Shown: positions 24,152 through 32,806 of the stretch, in pieces
How positions within the stretch are numbered: the first letter of the stretch is position 1
Layout of the letters: each line of letters starts with the position of its first letter
Notes under the pieces: model-generated
Seen by the model: the letters and a program-made list of their open reading frames with translations, nothing else
Databases searched by the model: none
What the model was told of the DNA's origin: nothing
Made by a program: the position numbers and the translations under genes
From: a virus
Lineage: Duplodnaviria > Caudoviricetes
Reading direction: 5' to 3' (one strand)
Virus record (IMG/VR): IMGVR_UViG_3300049180_000032
Location: 1 to 40,478 of that record
Length of the DNA stretch: 40,478 nucleotides

Positions 24152-25012
24152 GTGGCCCGCATCCGCACGATCAAGCCCGAGTTCTTCACCAGCGAGGACA
24201 TTGTGAGCCTGCGCCCGCTCACGCGGCTGCTCTACATCGCCATCTGGTGCGAGGCCGACAAGGAGGGGCGTCTTGCGTGGAAGCCTCTCACGTTCAAGCT
24301 GCGCTATTTCCCTGGCGATGAATGCGACATCCAAGCCATGTGCCAAGAGATTGTCGATTCCGGCCTGGTGGTGTTGTACGGCGAAGGCTACGGCGTCATC
24401 CCGACCTTCAAGGCGCACCAGCATATCAACCCACGCGAGAGCGAGTCAAACCTACCCGAACCTGTCGCGATCACCACGCGTAAGGCACGCGTCGCCACGC
24501 GTCAACCACGCGACAGTGACGCACAGGTAGGAAGGGAAGGGAAGGGAAAGGAAGGGAAAGGTAAGGAAGACGCGTCGAACGCGTCGCGGTTCCCGGAGTT
24601 CTGGGCTGCATGGCCGAAGTCCGAACGCAAGCAAGACCGAGGTGTTTGCGAAACGAAATGGATCGACCGAAAGCTCGACTCCATCGCCGACCTGATCCTG
24701 GCCGACATTGCCACGAAGAAGAAAACCCAGAAGTGGCAGGGCGGCTACATCGAGGCCCCCGAGGTCTACATCAACCGGGAGCGCTGGAAAGACGGCGTGA
24801 CCCCTGATGAGCCGGAAGCCGCTGGAGCGCTTGACCCCGACTCTCGCCCGTCCATCGAAGCCGAAGGCATCGCCAGAGGCATCGGCCCATGGGACGAAAT
24901 GAAAGAGCAATGGCACGTCTACAAGGCCCGCGTCCGCGGCCCGGCACGTGGCGGCCTCGACATCAATGCGCTGGCAAAGATGGCCGCACAGCGGCAACAG
25001 GAGATTCACTGA
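24152..25012 (+). CDS. Replication initiator
   Basis: MARIRTIKPEFF N-terminus, GREGKGKE linker, FPEFWAAWPK...PEVYINRERW C-domain; internal iterons. Confidence 0.8.
   Translation: MARIRTIKPEFFTSEDIVSLRPLTRLLYIAIWCEADKEGRLAWKPLTFKLRYFPGDECDIQAMCQEIVDSGLVVLYGEGYGVIPTFKAHQHINPRESESNLPEPVAITTRKARVATRQPRDSDAQVGREGKGKEGKGKEDASNASRFPEFWAAWPKSERKQDRGVCETKWIDRKLDSIADLILADIATKKKTQKWQGGYIEAPEVYINRERWKDGVTPDEPEAAGALDPDSRPSIEAEGIARGIGPWDEMKEQWHVYKARVRGPARGGLDINALAKMAAQRQQEIH
24475..24570. other. Putative replication origin: CACGCG(T/A) iterons plus purine tract
   Basis: Repeats at 24475, 24486, 24496, 24507 (11/10/11 spacing), then a GGAAG/GGAAAG tract at about 24526-24570. Confidence 0.65.
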
Positions 25013-25236
25013 TGGCCGAAATTTCATTCGAACACGCCACCGCTGACGACAAGGAAGCGGCATTGGGTCGGGAGTTCCGAGAGATTCACGTCGAGTCCGC
25101 CAACTTTGACGGCGCCGGTGTGGTTGTCGCGATCCTCGAAGGCCGGCGAGTGGCGCTGATCGGCAATCCGCAACAGGCATTGACGACCTATCTCGGCGGC
25201 GTCATGCAACGCATCGAAACGCAAGGAGAGCACTGA
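25012..25236 (+). CDS. Hypothetical protein
   Basis: 74 aa, AGGAG RBS, TGATG coupling. Confidence 0.6.
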   Translation: MAEISFEHATADDKEAALGREFREIHVESANFDGAGVVVAILEGRRVALIGNPQQALTTYLGGVMQRIETQGEH

Positions 25237-25628
25237 TGAGCGAATACAGCGCCGAATGCCAAGCGGCAAACCGCATCGCTGCGGAGTTGCGCGGCCTCCC
25301 ATCGCCGAAGCAACGGGCTCGGATTCAGGTCGTCCAAGCGCCGAAGGTCAGGAAGCCTCGGGCGTACGCAACCGGCATCCCCGGCAAGGGGAGCTACCTA
25401 AAGCTGGCGAAACAGGCGCTCATGCCCGAGGTGCTGGCCTATTGCCATGAGTTCTTCGCCGACAACGACCAGTTGCCCACCCAAGCCTGCATCGCGCAGC
25501 GATTCAAGGTGACGGAGCAGACCGGCCACGACTACCTGCACCGGCTGGCTAAGGAAGGGCACATCGAGCGCAATGCGGTGGGCAAGTGGCGGTTCACTCG
25601 TCGGCGGAACCTCGGGGCATCGGCATGA
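25236..25628 (+). CDS. LexA-DBD-like winged-helix protein
   Basis: VLAYCHEFFADNDQLPTQACIAQRF...HDYLHRLAKEGHIER. Confidence 0.7.
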   Translation: MSEYSAECQAANRIAAELRGLPSPKQRARIQVVQAPKVRKPRAYATGIPGKGSYLKLAKQALMPEVLAYCHEFFADNDQLPTQACIAQRFKVTEQTGHDYLHRLAKEGHIERNAVGKWRFTRRRNLGASA

Positions 25629-26029
25629 CCAGGCCACTCCAAATCCTCAAGATGATGGCCGTTTGCGAGACCATGACGGCCGAGCGCGCGAGCGTTGCCT
25701 GTAAGTGCGACCTGCACGCTGCACAGAACACGCTGTGTTTCATGGTCGCCCGTGGCTACATCGCGGTCGAGGCCAAGTCGAAACGGTTCCTTGCGGCCAC
25801 TTACCGCATCACACCTCTTGGTGTGGAGCGCTCCACATTCGTCCCCAAGGTGAAGGGTGAGACAAAGGGGCAACGCGCCGCGCGCCGCACGAAGTGGGAG
25901 CACAGCACCGATGCGGCACTGGATGCGCTGGACAGAGACAGAGCAGTCGAACAGGCGAGAGAGGCGGTCGCCATCGCCATGCGCCGCGAAGTGCCGAACA
26001 GCGTCTTCGCACTCGGAGGTATGTCGTGA
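25625..26029 (+). CDS. Putative winged-helix protein
   Basis: NTLCFMVARGYI...YRITPLG; ends PNSVFALG. Confidence 0.6.
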   Translation: MTRPLQILKMMAVCETMTAERASVACKCDLHAAQNTLCFMVARGYIAVEAKSKRFLAATYRITPLGVERSTFVPKVKGETKGQRAARRTKWEHSTDAALDALDRDRAVEQAREAVAIAMRREVPNSVFALGGMS

Positions 26030-26221
26030 ATGACCAACCTACAAACCGAGGTGGAGCACCTGGTGCGACTGGCTCAGACGCACCCGAACTGGGCCGAGTA
26101 CGCAACATGGAAAGCCAACACGCTGGCGCAGAAGCGGCCGAAGGAGCACGGGGATCTGCCGATGCTGCTGAGCAATGCGCTCAACAAGGCCACCTGTACG
26201 CCTGGCGTGGAAACACCGTGA
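26030..26221 (+). CDS. Hypothetical protein
   Basis: 63 aa, GGAGG RBS. Confidence 0.55.
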   Translation: MTNLQTEVEHLVRLAQTHPNWAEYATWKANTLAQKRPKEHGDLPMLLSNALNKATCTPGVETP

Positions 26222-26361
26222 TCGCCATGGAGAGCGGCGCCTTCCCTCGCGTGGTCTACATCGACCCCACGTGGCAATGGTGCTCGCAGCCGTTCAATGT
26301 CCAAGCGGCTGACCTGACGCCGATGCCTATGAAGTATTTCCACGGGGAGGTGCCGAAGTGA
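26218..26361 (+). CDS. 47-aa hypothetical protein
   Basis: GTGA coupling at both ends; LTPMPMKYFHGEVP. Confidence 0.45.
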   Translation: MIAMESGAFPRVVYIDPTWQWCSQPFNVQAADLTPMPMKYFHGEVPK

Positions 26362-26768
26362 CCGAAACCCTCACCATCGAACTGCACAACCGTCCCCAGG
26401 CTTGGGCCGCGATCAAGGGCCAGCTATTCCCATTCCTCGCCCAAGTCCTGCAAGGCGGCCACCGCTGGGTGCTGACCATCGCCCCGAGGAAACGCACCAA
26501 GGCCCAGAACCGGCGCTATTGGGGCAACGGGGTTCTCTCTCAGGTCGCCGCGCAAGCCACGATCAACGGGCGCCTGTACAGCACCGAGACGTGGCACGAG
26601 CAGTTCAAGCGCATGTTCATCGGCGTGGAGCAGTTGCCGAACGGTGACGTGCAGGGGAAGAGCAGCACGGCGCTTTCGACCGTCGAGTTTTCGGAGTTCT
26701 GCACGCAGGTTGAGGCTTATGCGGCCTCGGAGCTCGGCGTCACTTTCTACGAATTGGAGGCTGCATGA
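26358..26768 (+). CDS. ninB: NinB/Orf recombination protein
   Basis: KRTKAQNRRYW, TWHEQFKRMF, SSTALSTVEFSEF...VEAYA. Confidence 0.85.
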   Translation: MTETLTIELHNRPQAWAAIKGQLFPFLAQVLQGGHRWVLTIAPRKRTKAQNRRYWGNGVLSQVAAQATINGRLYSTETWHEQFKRMFIGVEQLPNGDVQGKSSTALSTVEFSEFCTQVEAYAASELGVTFYELEAA

Positions 26769-27472
26769 GCTTGATCGAACGCTACAGCGCAAACATTGTT
26801 GGCCGCGATCTGATCGTGGGAGACATACACGGCTGCTTCACCAAGCTGCGCCAAGCCCTAGATGATGTGGGCTTTAAGCCTGACGCTGGAGATCGCCTGT
26901 TCTCGGTTGGCGATCTGGTGGATCGTGGCCCAGAGTCGCCGGAGGCTGTCGAATGGATCATGAAGCCATGGTTCCATGCGGTGCAGGGCAATCACGAGGA
27001 CATGGCGATCCGCTGGCCTGGCGGAAACATGGACGCCGGCAACTACATCGCCAACGGCGGCGGCTGGAATGTCAGCAACGCACCAGAGGCATGCGAGGCT
27101 CTATCTAAGTGCTTTGCAATGCTGCCGGTCGCTATTGAACTGGAGACGGCCAGCGGGTTGATTGGCATCGTGCATGCGGATTGCCCGTTTGACTCATGGC
27201 AGGAGTTCGCCGCCTCGTTGGACGACGAATCGCTGTCGCGATCAATGCTAAGCGCGATCATCGATGCAGCGCAGTGGTCTCGGGAGCGCATCGCAAGCGC
27301 CATGCAAGACGATGTGGCCGGTGTGCGTGCCGTAGTCGTGGGTCATACACCCATGCAGCGTTTTACTTCGCTCGGGAACGTGCTCTATATCGACACTGGC
27401 GGCTGGCTTCCCCGTGGTCACTTCACAGTGCTAGACGCGGCTACGCTCGCGCCCGCATATAGGCCGCTCTGA
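26765..27472 (+). CDS. Ser/Thr protein phosphatase (lambda NinI-like metallophosphoesterase)
   Basis: GDIHG, GDLVDRG, GNHE, VHAD, GHTP, IDTG. Confidence 0.92.
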   Translation: MSLIERYSANIVGRDLIVGDIHGCFTKLRQALDDVGFKPDAGDRLFSVGDLVDRGPESPEAVEWIMKPWFHAVQGNHEDMAIRWPGGNMDAGNYIANGGGWNVSNAPEACEALSKCFAMLPVAIELETASGLIGIVHADCPFDSWQEFAASLDDESLSRSMLSAIIDAAQWSRERIASAMQDDVAGVRAVVVGHTPMQRFTSLGNVLYIDTGGWLPRGHFTVLDAATLAPAYRPL

Positions 27473-28038
27473 TGCTCTCCCGCCTCCCCACCCTCAAAGA
27501 AAAGACCTGCGCCCAGTGCGGCACGCAGTTCCGCCCGTTCTCGTCCACCTCGCGGGTGTGCTCTCCGATCTGCGCATCGAAGTGGGTGAGGGCCAGCAAC
27601 CGCCTCGAGCGGGAGCAGTTCAAGGCGCGGAAGGAAGCCGTCGCCACGATCAAGCAGCTGATCGCCAAGACCCAAACCGCGTTCAACGCCTACATCCGCG
27701 CAAGGGATGCCGGGAAGAACTGCATCTGCTGCGGCCAGCCATTCGAGCCCATGAAGCCGGGAGGATCGGTAGACGCCGGGCACTGGCGCTCACGCGGCGC
27801 CGCCCCTCAACTGCGCTTCGATGAAGCGAACGTGCACGCGCAACGAAAGAACTGCAATCGCCCTGGAGGCGCCAAGGCAGGCCCGTTCCGCGCAGGAATG
27901 ATCGAGCGCGTGGGCATCGCCGAGGTCGAGCGCTTGGAGGCCGACAACACCGTACGGAAATGGACCCGAACCGAGCTGATCGCCATCCGGGCGCAGTACG
28001 TCGAGAAGCTGAAGGAACTTAAAAGGAGCCGAGGATGA
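27472..28038 (+). CDS. ninG: NinG/Rap endonuclease
   Basis: Q.AFNAYIRARD, CICCG, DAGHWRSRGAAPQLRFDEANVHAQ. Confidence 0.9.
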   Translation: MLSRLPTLKEKTCAQCGTQFRPFSSTSRVCSPICASKWVRASNRLEREQFKARKEAVATIKQLIAKTQTAFNAYIRARDAGKNCICCGQPFEPMKPGGSVDAGHWRSRGAAPQLRFDEANVHAQRKNCNRPGGAKAGPFRAGMIERVGIAEVERLEADNTVRKWTRTELIAIRAQYVEKLKELKRSRG

Positions 28039-28334
28039 ATTGGATTCGCAAGGTTTTCAACCGAGGGGCCCTGACCGCGTACTTCGTCGCCGCCGTCTTC
28101 TCGGCGATGGTGGCTGAGGGAGAGGGCGAGATCATCCTACTCTTTGGCATTGGCGCAGTTGTGTCGCTCCTGGCGGGACTGCTGGCAACGCTCGAGGCGT
28201 TTTGTCAGGAAGAGGAAGGGCTGATGTTTCCCGTGATCGAGCCTGAGATGCTTGATTCCTCCACTCCGCTCGCGCGCGCCCGCGCATTTTACCCGGGCGA
28301 AACGATTTACCCGGGTAAAAAGGAGCGCCTATGA
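28035..28334 (+). CDS. Two-TM membrane protein
   Basis: ALTAYFVAAVFSAMV and IILLFGIGAVVSLLAGLL. Confidence 0.55.
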   Translation: MNWIRKVFNRGALTAYFVAAVFSAMVAEGEGEIILLFGIGAVVSLLAGLLATLEAFCQEEEGLMFPVIEPEMLDSSTPLARARAFYPGETIYPGKKERL

Positions 28335-28594
28335 CAAAGATCCCCCCGACCCCTGGTGTTTCGTGGTGGCACGTCATTGTGGAGATGGAGCGCAATGGCT
28401 ACACCCATGCGGCAGTCGGTGCCGCTATAGGTGTGGGCAGGTCAACCGTGCAGGATTGGAAGAACCGGGATGCGGAGCCTGGCCATGTGGACGGCGAGCG
28501 GATGATTGCGCTGTGGCGAGTGGTGACGGGGCGGCCTCGGGAAGACATCCCGCTGAAGGTGAGCCAGATCCTGAGCGCGGCGGCGTTTCGATGA
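28331..28594 (+). CDS. HTH protein, candidate late transcription activator
   Basis: GYTHAAVGAAIGVGRSTVQDWK...EPGHVDGERMIALW; occupies the Q position. Confidence 0.65.
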   Translation: MTKIPPTPGVSWWHVIVEMERNGYTHAAVGAAIGVGRSTVQDWKNRDAEPGHVDGERMIALWRVVTGRPREDIPLKVSQILSAAAFR

Positions 28595-28613
28595 GTTATC
28601 AACAGAGGAAATC

Positions 28614-28958
28614 ATGAAGAACTTCATTGTCGGCGGATGGCGGTGTGGGCTAGACGACAAGTTGCGCAAACGTTGCCATTGTGAGCACTGTGAGCCGCTT
28701 GTCTACATGGGGGATGCAGACGCCGAGATGGTTCGCTTACAAGGGGAACTCGACGTAGCCTACACAGCGGCGTTGCTGACCAAAAAAGAGCACGTCCACC
28801 ACCTAATGGTGGCCATGAGCGTGGAGTTGAAAGCGGTTCTCAGAACCGTGGCCCAGGGTCGCTGTCCAAAAGAGCGGGCGCAGCGGCTTCTGGATTCAGC
28901 CGAAACGCCTTGGAAGTGGACAAGCGTCAATCAGACAGAGAGGTCAAATCTGACGTAG
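28614..28958 (+). CDS. Hypothetical protein with CxCxxC
   Basis: 114 aa, GAGG RBS; codon use looks atypical. Confidence 0.5.
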   Translation: MKNFIVGGWRCGLDDKLRKRCHCEHCEPLVYMGDADAEMVRLQGELDVAYTAALLTKKEHVHHLMVAMSVELKAVLRTVAQGRCPKERAQRLLDSAETPWKWTSVNQTERSNLT

Positions 28959-28989
28959 CCGGGATTCCGGCACCGGGGCAGGGGACAGT
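28958..28989 (+). promoter_or_regulatory. Putative late promoter 1
   Basis: GCCGGGATTCCGGCA-N11-GACAGT. Confidence 0.7.
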
Positions 28990-29020
28990 GCGGCGTCCCC
29001 TATTCATTCAGGAGCCGCAC

Positions 29021-29335
29021 ATGGCACGTCGCGCCGCAGTCACCCCCGGAACCGACCCCACGCCCGATGCAGACATCGGCGAAGCATTGGTGCAAGAGGG
29101 CGTGAAGTCCGAAGTCGCGCTGAGCGAGAACGAACAACTCCGCGCCGAACTCGCCGACCTCCGCAACCTGGTCAAGCAACTGGGCCGCAACCAGATCGCC
29201 CAGTCCATGCCCGAGAAGGTCGAACTGCCGTCCATGGCTGACGTGCTCAAGACCAACCCGAAGGTGGCCGTGTTGACCAAGGACGGCTGGTTCGTCCCCC
29301 TGGTTCACCCGACCGACCGCATCGCGAAGGTCTGA
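29021..29335 (+). CDS. First late gene, hypothetical
   Basis: AGGAG RBS; coiled coil followed by AVLTKDGWFVP. Confidence 0.7.
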   Translation: MARRAAVTPGTDPTPDADIGEALVQEGVKSEVALSENEQLRAELADLRNLVKQLGRNQIAQSMPEKVELPSMADVLKTNPKVAVLTKDGWFVPLVHPTDRIAKV

Positions 29336-29336
29336 C

Positions 29337-29543
29337 ATGTGTGGCGGCGGGGGCAGTGCCCCACCACCTCCACCTCCCCGCGAGGACCCGCAAGTAGCTG
29401 CGGACCGCGCAGCCGCAGAGGCTGCGAGCAGGGCCAATGCTGACGGGGCCGCGCGTCGGACCATCCGCAAGCAATCCGCGCTGTCTACTGGTGCTGGCGA
29501 ATCGTCCGCGCTGGCATACGGCAAGACGACCTTGGGGGCGTGA
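29337..29543 (+). CDS. Small virion protein (T7 gp7.3-like position)
   Basis: MCGGGGSAPPPPP...GKTTLGA, upstream of the portal. Confidence 0.7.
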   Translation: MCGGGGSAPPPPPPREDPQVAADRAAAEAASRANADGAARRTIRKQSALSTGAGESSALAYGKTTLGA

Positions 29544-29788
29544 TGCGCACGTTCACCGTCGCCCTTCCGGATGGCAACTCGAACACGGTCACAGCCGAGT
29601 CCATGGAATTGCGCGCCGACCTGCTCGTGTTTCTCAAGGCCGGCGAGCCAGTCGCAGCGTTCGCTCGCTGGACTTCCGTCATCGAGGACGGCGTAGCCAC
29701 CCCGAACCCGGCGTCCGCGCCACTGGCGGAACCCCAAGCAGTCACAGCCCTGCGCGAATCCATGCGCGAACGCGGAGCAACCGTCTGA
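29543..29788 (+). CDS. Hypothetical protein
   Basis: TGATG coupling at both ends. Confidence 0.6.
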   Translation: MRTFTVALPDGNSNTVTAESMELRADLLVFLKAGEPVAAFARWTSVIEDGVATPNPASAPLAEPQAVTALRESMRERGATV

Positions 29789-31431
29789 TGAGCGAAACCG
29801 CCGAACATCTCGAGCGCCGGCTCACCCAGTTGCAATCGCAGCGGCTGCCGAACGAGACGATCTGGAAGGAAGTCTTCGACTACCTGGCGCCTGAACGCGC
29901 CATTGGCTGGTTCGAGTCGGGCATCCAGGACTCGGCAGGCACGCAAGCAGCCCTCCAGCGTGGCCGCATCTACGACTCGACCGCCATCGACAGCGCCGAA
30001 GTGCTGAAGTCGAACATCGCAAGCTGGATGACGCCAGACAATTCCCTCTGGTTCGGCCTCGACGCCGGCCAGGAGGACGAGCAAGCCACCGCGTGGATGG
30101 ACGGAGCCGCGCGCTTCCTCTTCGAGCACATCCACTCCGCAGGCTTTACCGCGGTGGCCGGCGAGTGCTACAGCGACATCGTGCCGGCTGGCTGGTTCGT
30201 GCTGTACATCGACGAGGGCCGGGACGAGCATGGCCGCCCCGCTGGTGGCTTCAACTTCGAGCAATGGCCGCTATTCCAGTGCTTCGTCGCCAGCAGCAAG
30301 CCCGCAGGCCGCGTGGACACGATCTACCGCGTGTTCTCGCCCACGGTCGAGCAGGTCGTCGCCGAGTACGGCATCGACAAGGTGAGCGACGAAACGGCCA
30401 AGAAGTATCACGATGGCAAGCTCGCCGAGAAGGTGGACATGCTGTGGGCCATCGAGCCGCGCCGCAAGGGCCAGTACGGCGCCAAGCTGTCGAAGAACCT
30501 CCCGTTCCGCTCCTGCCATATGGAGCGGCAGAAGAAGCACATCGTGCGCGAGTCGGGCTATCACGAGTTCCCGTGCGCCGTGCCGCGCTGGCGCCTGATC
30601 CCTGGCACGCCGTATGCCACGGGCCTCGGCTCCAACGTGCTGCCGGACGTGAAGACGCTGAACGACATCATCCGCATGGAGCTGATGAGCCTGGACATTG
30701 CCATCGGTGGCATGTGGAAGGTCGTCGATGACGGCGTGCTGAACCCGAAGACCATCCGTATCGGCCCGCGCAAGGTCATCGCCATGGCCACGCTGGAGAG
30801 CATGGCCGCGCTGGAGACGGGTGCGGACTTCAACGTGTCCTTCTCCAAGGCAGAGCAACTGCGCCAGTCCATCCGCCGCACGCTGCTGGCCGACATGCTC
30901 ACGCCCCAAGGTGGCCCGGTGCGCAGCGCGACCGAGATCTCGCGGGACATGAACCAGATCCGCCAGTTGATGGCGCCGCTGGTGGGCCGCTTCCAGTCCG
31001 AATTCCTCCAGGTGTTGATCGAGCGCTGCTTCAACATCGCCTTCCGCGCGGGCGCGCTCAACGAAGCGCTCGGCCCCGTGCCCGAAGGGCTGCTCGAGGG
31101 CGACTACGTGGTCAAGTACATCAGCCCGCTCGCCCGCAGCCAGAAGATGGAAGAGGTCACAGCCATCGATGCGTTCGTGGCCGGCCTGCTCGCCCTCGCT
31201 GGCGCAACCGGCGACATGACCGTGATGGACAACATCAAGATCGACCCGGCTGCCTACGAGAAGGGCAAGGCCCTGGGCGTGCCTGGCAACCTGCTACGCG
31301 GCCCCGACGAGCTGCTGCAGAAGCGCGAGATGGACAACAAGAACCGCGAGGCGGCGCAGAAACAAGTGCAGCAGGAGCAGATCCAGCAGCACGCCACCAC
31401 CACAGCAATCGACGCCAGCGTGGCCGCATGA
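29788..31431 (+). CDS. Portal (head-tail connector), Bbp21/T7 gp8-like
   Basis: 547 aa; IYDSTA, ESGYHEFP..VPRW, SATEI, RFQSEFL..LIER, YISPLARSQ. Confidence 0.92.
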   Translation: MSETAEHLERRLTQLQSQRLPNETIWKEVFDYLAPERAIGWFESGIQDSAGTQAALQRGRIYDSTAIDSAEVLKSNIASWMTPDNSLWFGLDAGQEDEQATAWMDGAARFLFEHIHSAGFTAVAGECYSDIVPAGWFVLYIDEGRDEHGRPAGGFNFEQWPLFQCFVASSKPAGRVDTIYRVFSPTVEQVVAEYGIDKVSDETAKKYHDGKLAEKVDMLWAIEPRRKGQYGAKLSKNLPFRSCHMERQKKHIVRESGYHEFPCAVPRWRLIPGTPYATGLGSNVLPDVKTLNDIIRMELMSLDIAIGGMWKVVDDGVLNPKTIRIGPRKVIAMATLESMAALETGADFNVSFSKAEQLRQSIRRTLLADMLTPQGGPVRSATEISRDMNQIRQLMAPLVGRFQSEFLQVLIERCFNIAFRAGALNEALGPVPEGLLEGDYVVKYISPLARSQKMEEVTAIDAFVAGLLALAGATGDMTVMDNIKIDPAAYEKGKALGVPGNLLRGPDELLQKREMDNKNREAAQKQVQQEQIQQHATTTAIDASVAA

Positions 31432-31676
31432 ACCAGCGCGAGACGAACCCTGAGCAGTGGGCCGAGATGTACCGCCAGATATTCGAGGTGGACAAGCGCG
31501 GCGCGGCCATCCTCGAGCACATGGTGCAGCGCTTCAGCCAGCCGGCCTCAGTCGAAGGCGGGATCGACGCGGTGCTCAAGACCTACCACCGCATGGGCCA
31601 GCACAGCGTGGTGCAGCACATCCTCATGCAACTCAACCGGGCCAACCAAGTGCCCGACATACAGGAGAACGAATGA
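31428..31676 (+). CDS. Bbp19-like small protein
   Basis: YRQIF...GAAILEHM...GQHSVVQHIL, between portal and scaffold. Confidence 0.7.
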   Translation: MNQRETNPEQWAEMYRQIFEVDKRGAAILEHMVQRFSQPASVEGGIDAVLKTYHRMGQHSVVQHILMQLNRANQVPDIQENE

Positions 31677-32575
31677 ACTTCGGAGCACGACATGTCTACA
31701 TGGACGATCTTGCGGGAGCGGCTGGCGGCGGTGCTGGCGCAGGTGCCGGAGCCGATGCCGGTGGTGGAGCCGCCGCGGGCGGTCAACCGGGCGCAGCGGC
31801 GGGCGCTGGCGCGGCAGCAGGCGCAGGAGGCGATGCAGCGGGCGCGTCGGCGCTGAGCGGCGGCAACGAATGGACTCCCGAGGCGATCCCCGAGAAGTTC
31901 CGCGTCAGGGGCGATGATGGTGAACTCGACTGGGCGGCCACCGTCCGCAAGGTCGATGAACACCGCAGCGCGCTCGAGAAGCGCATGGGCACCGGCGACA
32001 TCCGCCCCAAGACGCCCGACGACTACAAGCTGCCGGACACCGATGTATTCAAGGGCCTGCAGCTCGATGAAGCCGGTGCCAAGGCATTCCGCCAGGAAGC
32101 CTACGACATGGGCCTCACGCCCAAGCAGTACGAAGCCGTGATGGGCAAGTGGGCCACGCTTGCACCCGAGCTGGTCAACGCCAGCAAGACCGAGACAGTC
32201 GAGAGCGCGGTCACCGAACTGAAGGCTGTCTGGAAGGACGATGCCGAGTTCAAGGCCAACATTTCCGCGTCGTTCAATGCCGCAGTCAAGATCGGCCAGG
32301 CCGCAGGCTTCAGCTACGAGGAAGTGGACAAGGCCATCGGTAACAACCCAGTGGCCATCCGCATGTTCGCCGCTCTCTCAAAAGAGATGGGCGAGGACAC
32401 GCCTCCCGCGGCGGCCAGCGGCGGCACTGGCACGGGCGCCCAGTCGCGCGCCGAGTACGTGGCCGAGAACTGGCCGGCGTACAGCAACCCTCAAGACCCC
32501 AAACACAAGCTCGTCACCGACCGCGCCGCAGCGCTGGCCGCACGCGAGAGCAGGGGCAAAGACATTCCGATTTGA
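31673..32575 (+). CDS. Capsid scaffolding protein
   Basis: Gly/Ala N-terminus, IPEKFR, PKTPDDYKL, GLTPKQYE, MGED; precedes the capsid gene. Confidence 0.8.
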   Translation: MNFGARHVYMDDLAGAAGGGAGAGAGADAGGGAAAGGQPGAAAGAGAAAGAGGDAAGASALSGGNEWTPEAIPEKFRVRGDDGELDWAATVRKVDEHRSALEKRMGTGDIRPKTPDDYKLPDTDVFKGLQLDEAGAKAFRQEAYDMGLTPKQYEAVMGKWATLAPELVNASKTETVESAVTELKAVWKDDAEFKANISASFNAAVKIGQAAGFSYEEVDKAIGNNPVAIRMFAALSKEMGEDTPPAAASGGTGTGAQSRAEYVAENWPAYSNPQDPKHKLVTDRAAALAARESRGKDIPI

Positions 32576-32610
32576 GTGCGTGGGTCTCCTTGGTTGAGTG
32601 ATCGACCTTC

Positions 32611-32642
32611 GCCCGCCCTTCGAAAGATCGGCGGGCTTTTTT
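32611..32642 (+). terminator. Rho-independent terminator
   Basis: GCCCGCC-N12-GGCGGGC-TTTTTT. Confidence 0.8.
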
Positions 32643-32654
32643 ACGCCTCAACTT

Positions 32655-32686
32655 GCCGGGATTCCGGCACCCCTAAATCGGACAGT
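32655..32686 (+). promoter_or_regulatory. Putative late promoter 2 (capsid)
   Basis: GCCGGGATTCCGGCA-N11-GACAGT directly after a terminator. Confidence 0.7.
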
Positions 32687-32694
32687 GCATGCCA

Positions 32695-32769
32695 CGGCCT
32701 CGCCTGGCATGCGAGATCACCGCCAAGCCCGCAGCAGCCAGCGATGCAGGCCCCGCAAGGGATCACCTG
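32695..32769 (+). ncRNA. Candidate structured capsid leader: two hairpins with a C/AUCA internal loop
   Basis: CGG-C-CTCGC-N7-GCGAG-ATCA-CCG and CAGG-C-CCC-GCAA-GGG-ATCA-CCTG. Confidence 0.5.
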
Positions 32770-32806
32770 AAGGCGAACACCAGTTCAAAACTTCAGGAGT
32801 GATTTC

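Noticed and set aside
31710-31862. GC-rich tandem-like repeats
   Set aside because: They encode the Gly/Ala low-complexity N-terminus of the scaffold protein
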